From Batkoa obscura (taxonomy: Eukaryota), in NCBI GenBank assembly GCA_030770535.1, contig JASVEC010000015.1:496001-560000 (forward strand): 64,000 nt of DNA, in the 5' to 3' direction. Below the pieces are notes generated by a model. That model searched no databases, was not told the origin of the DNA, and saw only the letters and a list, made by a program, of their open reading frames with translations. Of this stretch, positions 62,301 through 64,000 are shown in pieces; position 1 is the first letter of the stretch; each line of letters starts with the position of its first letter. The position numbers and the translations under genes were made by a program.

Positions 62301-64000
62301 TAAAGCATATAAATTCCCTTAAACAAGCTACAATTGTAATATATTAATGTTATGTAATTGGGTTACTTGACAAAATTTTAAATACAAAATTGTATAGTTC
62401 GATTTAATAAAAATAAATTTAAAAAGCAAATAGCCAAAAAGAGATGGGAGAAATAAATTTCTTTCAAAGTAATTCATTTATTTTTAAGTGGTAGCATTTT
62501 AATTAAAATTTATTTCAACTATCAAGTGAATTTTTGAGTTTGATTTTTAAAAAGAATCGACAGTTAAAATAAAGTATAAAGTGTTATAAATAAACTTTAT
62601 TTTATAAAGCAAAAAAAGCTATTTTTGTTAACCCAATTACTACTTTCACTCATTTTTTTACATAAGAATAATTTGATAGTTAACTGTAAATGATTTAATC
62701 TTTTATCAAATATTTTAATTTTATGCGAGTGATTAACCTTACTAATTATTTTTTATTTATATTTTAAGGAAAAATAATAAATCTACTAAATAAATTTATT
62801 TCTTAAACTACTTGAAGGTAAAAATGAAGTATTGTTTCTAAGTCGAAATTTTAAACTAAGAGGAACTGGGTTAAAATCAAGTTAAAACTCAATTAATTTT
62901 AAAATTTCCCTGATAACAATGTTTTTAATAAGCCCTTTCTAAAATTTTCATTAGGGGTCTAAGGGAAAAAATTTCCGCTCTATGAAACGAGCTTGCTCGA
63001 TTTTTTAATTCCGGCTTTTAACTTAATTCGAAAACAAATTTGAAGCTAAATTAGAATTAAAATTAAGTTAAATTTGTAGCAAATAACTTCACCGAATTTA
63101 AAGCTAGAAAATCAGAAAACCTAAATATCCTCAAACAATGAATAGATATTAGATAAAAAGGTTAACTATAAGGATGGTTAAATTCTTAAAGCATTAAATT
63201 AAAACAAAAATGATAAAGTTTTCAAAACTGTAAAATTAGCTACTAAAACATTAACACATGAGAGCAAACTAATTTGAGTAATTACCCCTATATTACAGAT
63301 TGGATTATGCCCATGAAGCTCAATCTTAAAGTTGTAAACTAAATTTTGGATTCCATTAAACTAATATATCCGGTGTAAATTACTATAATTATTAATTTCA
63401 TTTCATGTATTTGAATATTTTTAATATTCCACAAGTAAAGAATAAGAAAAAAAAAAGAAACAAAGTAAGCTAGCATTATTATTTTAGTACAATACAAAAA
63501 ACAATTTCAATTTAATGTTATTATCTTATATCCCTTATACTAAACATAATCTAAACTGCCGGCTAATACTTAAAATTATAGCTTTAAAAAAGCACCCAAC
63601 AAAACCTATTAGAGATGATAATAGGAATTTTACTATATAAAGAAATAGGACCAAAAATAGTCATCTTAGGCTTTATAACAATTTTACACTTTTTTCATTT
63701 TCTAATTTTACCTTAATGCCATCATCCCTTTATTGTAATGATTGCATTAATTATTTTAAAGTAAGATAACATCCGTGTTGTTTTGCCCTAGTCAAACTGA
63801 AACCTTCTTATGAATCTCTCGTTTAACCCTTGGCCAAGTCGTTTAACATCTTAACTGTTTATTATTGAGTTTATAGTAACTAGAAAAATAAGCTACTAAT
63901 TTGATAATAATATAATAATTTGATGTGAAATTATTTAAAATACAAAACTCCTTAAAATGAATTTTATTTCCTTGTTTTATTAATTCGATTATAATATTTT

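Noticed and set aside
62988..62999. CGAGC-TT-GCTCG mini-hairpin in a slightly GC-richer patch
   Set aside because: Too short, and no recognisable ncRNA motifs around it.

Overview
Very AT-rich eukaryotic DNA with short (mostly about 43-60 nt, some 75-95 nt) GT-AG introns and fungal-type genes. By inference it comes from an early-diverging fungus, possibly Entomophthoromycotina/Zoopagomycota. Bases 1.4-50.4 kb hold about 21 mostly intron-split genes: SUN-domain SLP1-like, Zn2Cys6 TF, macrodomain, RSM19, UBC9, MIX17, MFS, PGK, trihelix TF, NoxB-like NADPH oxidase, DIC1, PCK1, ClpP, NAR1, OCA1, PTR2, TVP15-like and several unknowns. UBC9, PGK and ClpP are absent from the ORF track, and the TVP15-like gene appears there only as one fragment. 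There are five tRNA genes, three of them identical tRNA-Ser(UGA). The main unannotated system is a set of Sola-type DNA transposons. It includes a decayed 2.64-kb Sola2-like element (50780-53422) with imperfect TIRs and an ATTT target-site duplication (TSD), and about 19 copies of a ~98-bp MITE with 4-bp AT-rich TSDs. Two of those MITEs sit in tandem inside the transposase at one ATAT site. A second 158-bp MITE has Sola-like ends. The last ~9.5 kb has no recognisable gene. All coordinates and alignments were read by eye.
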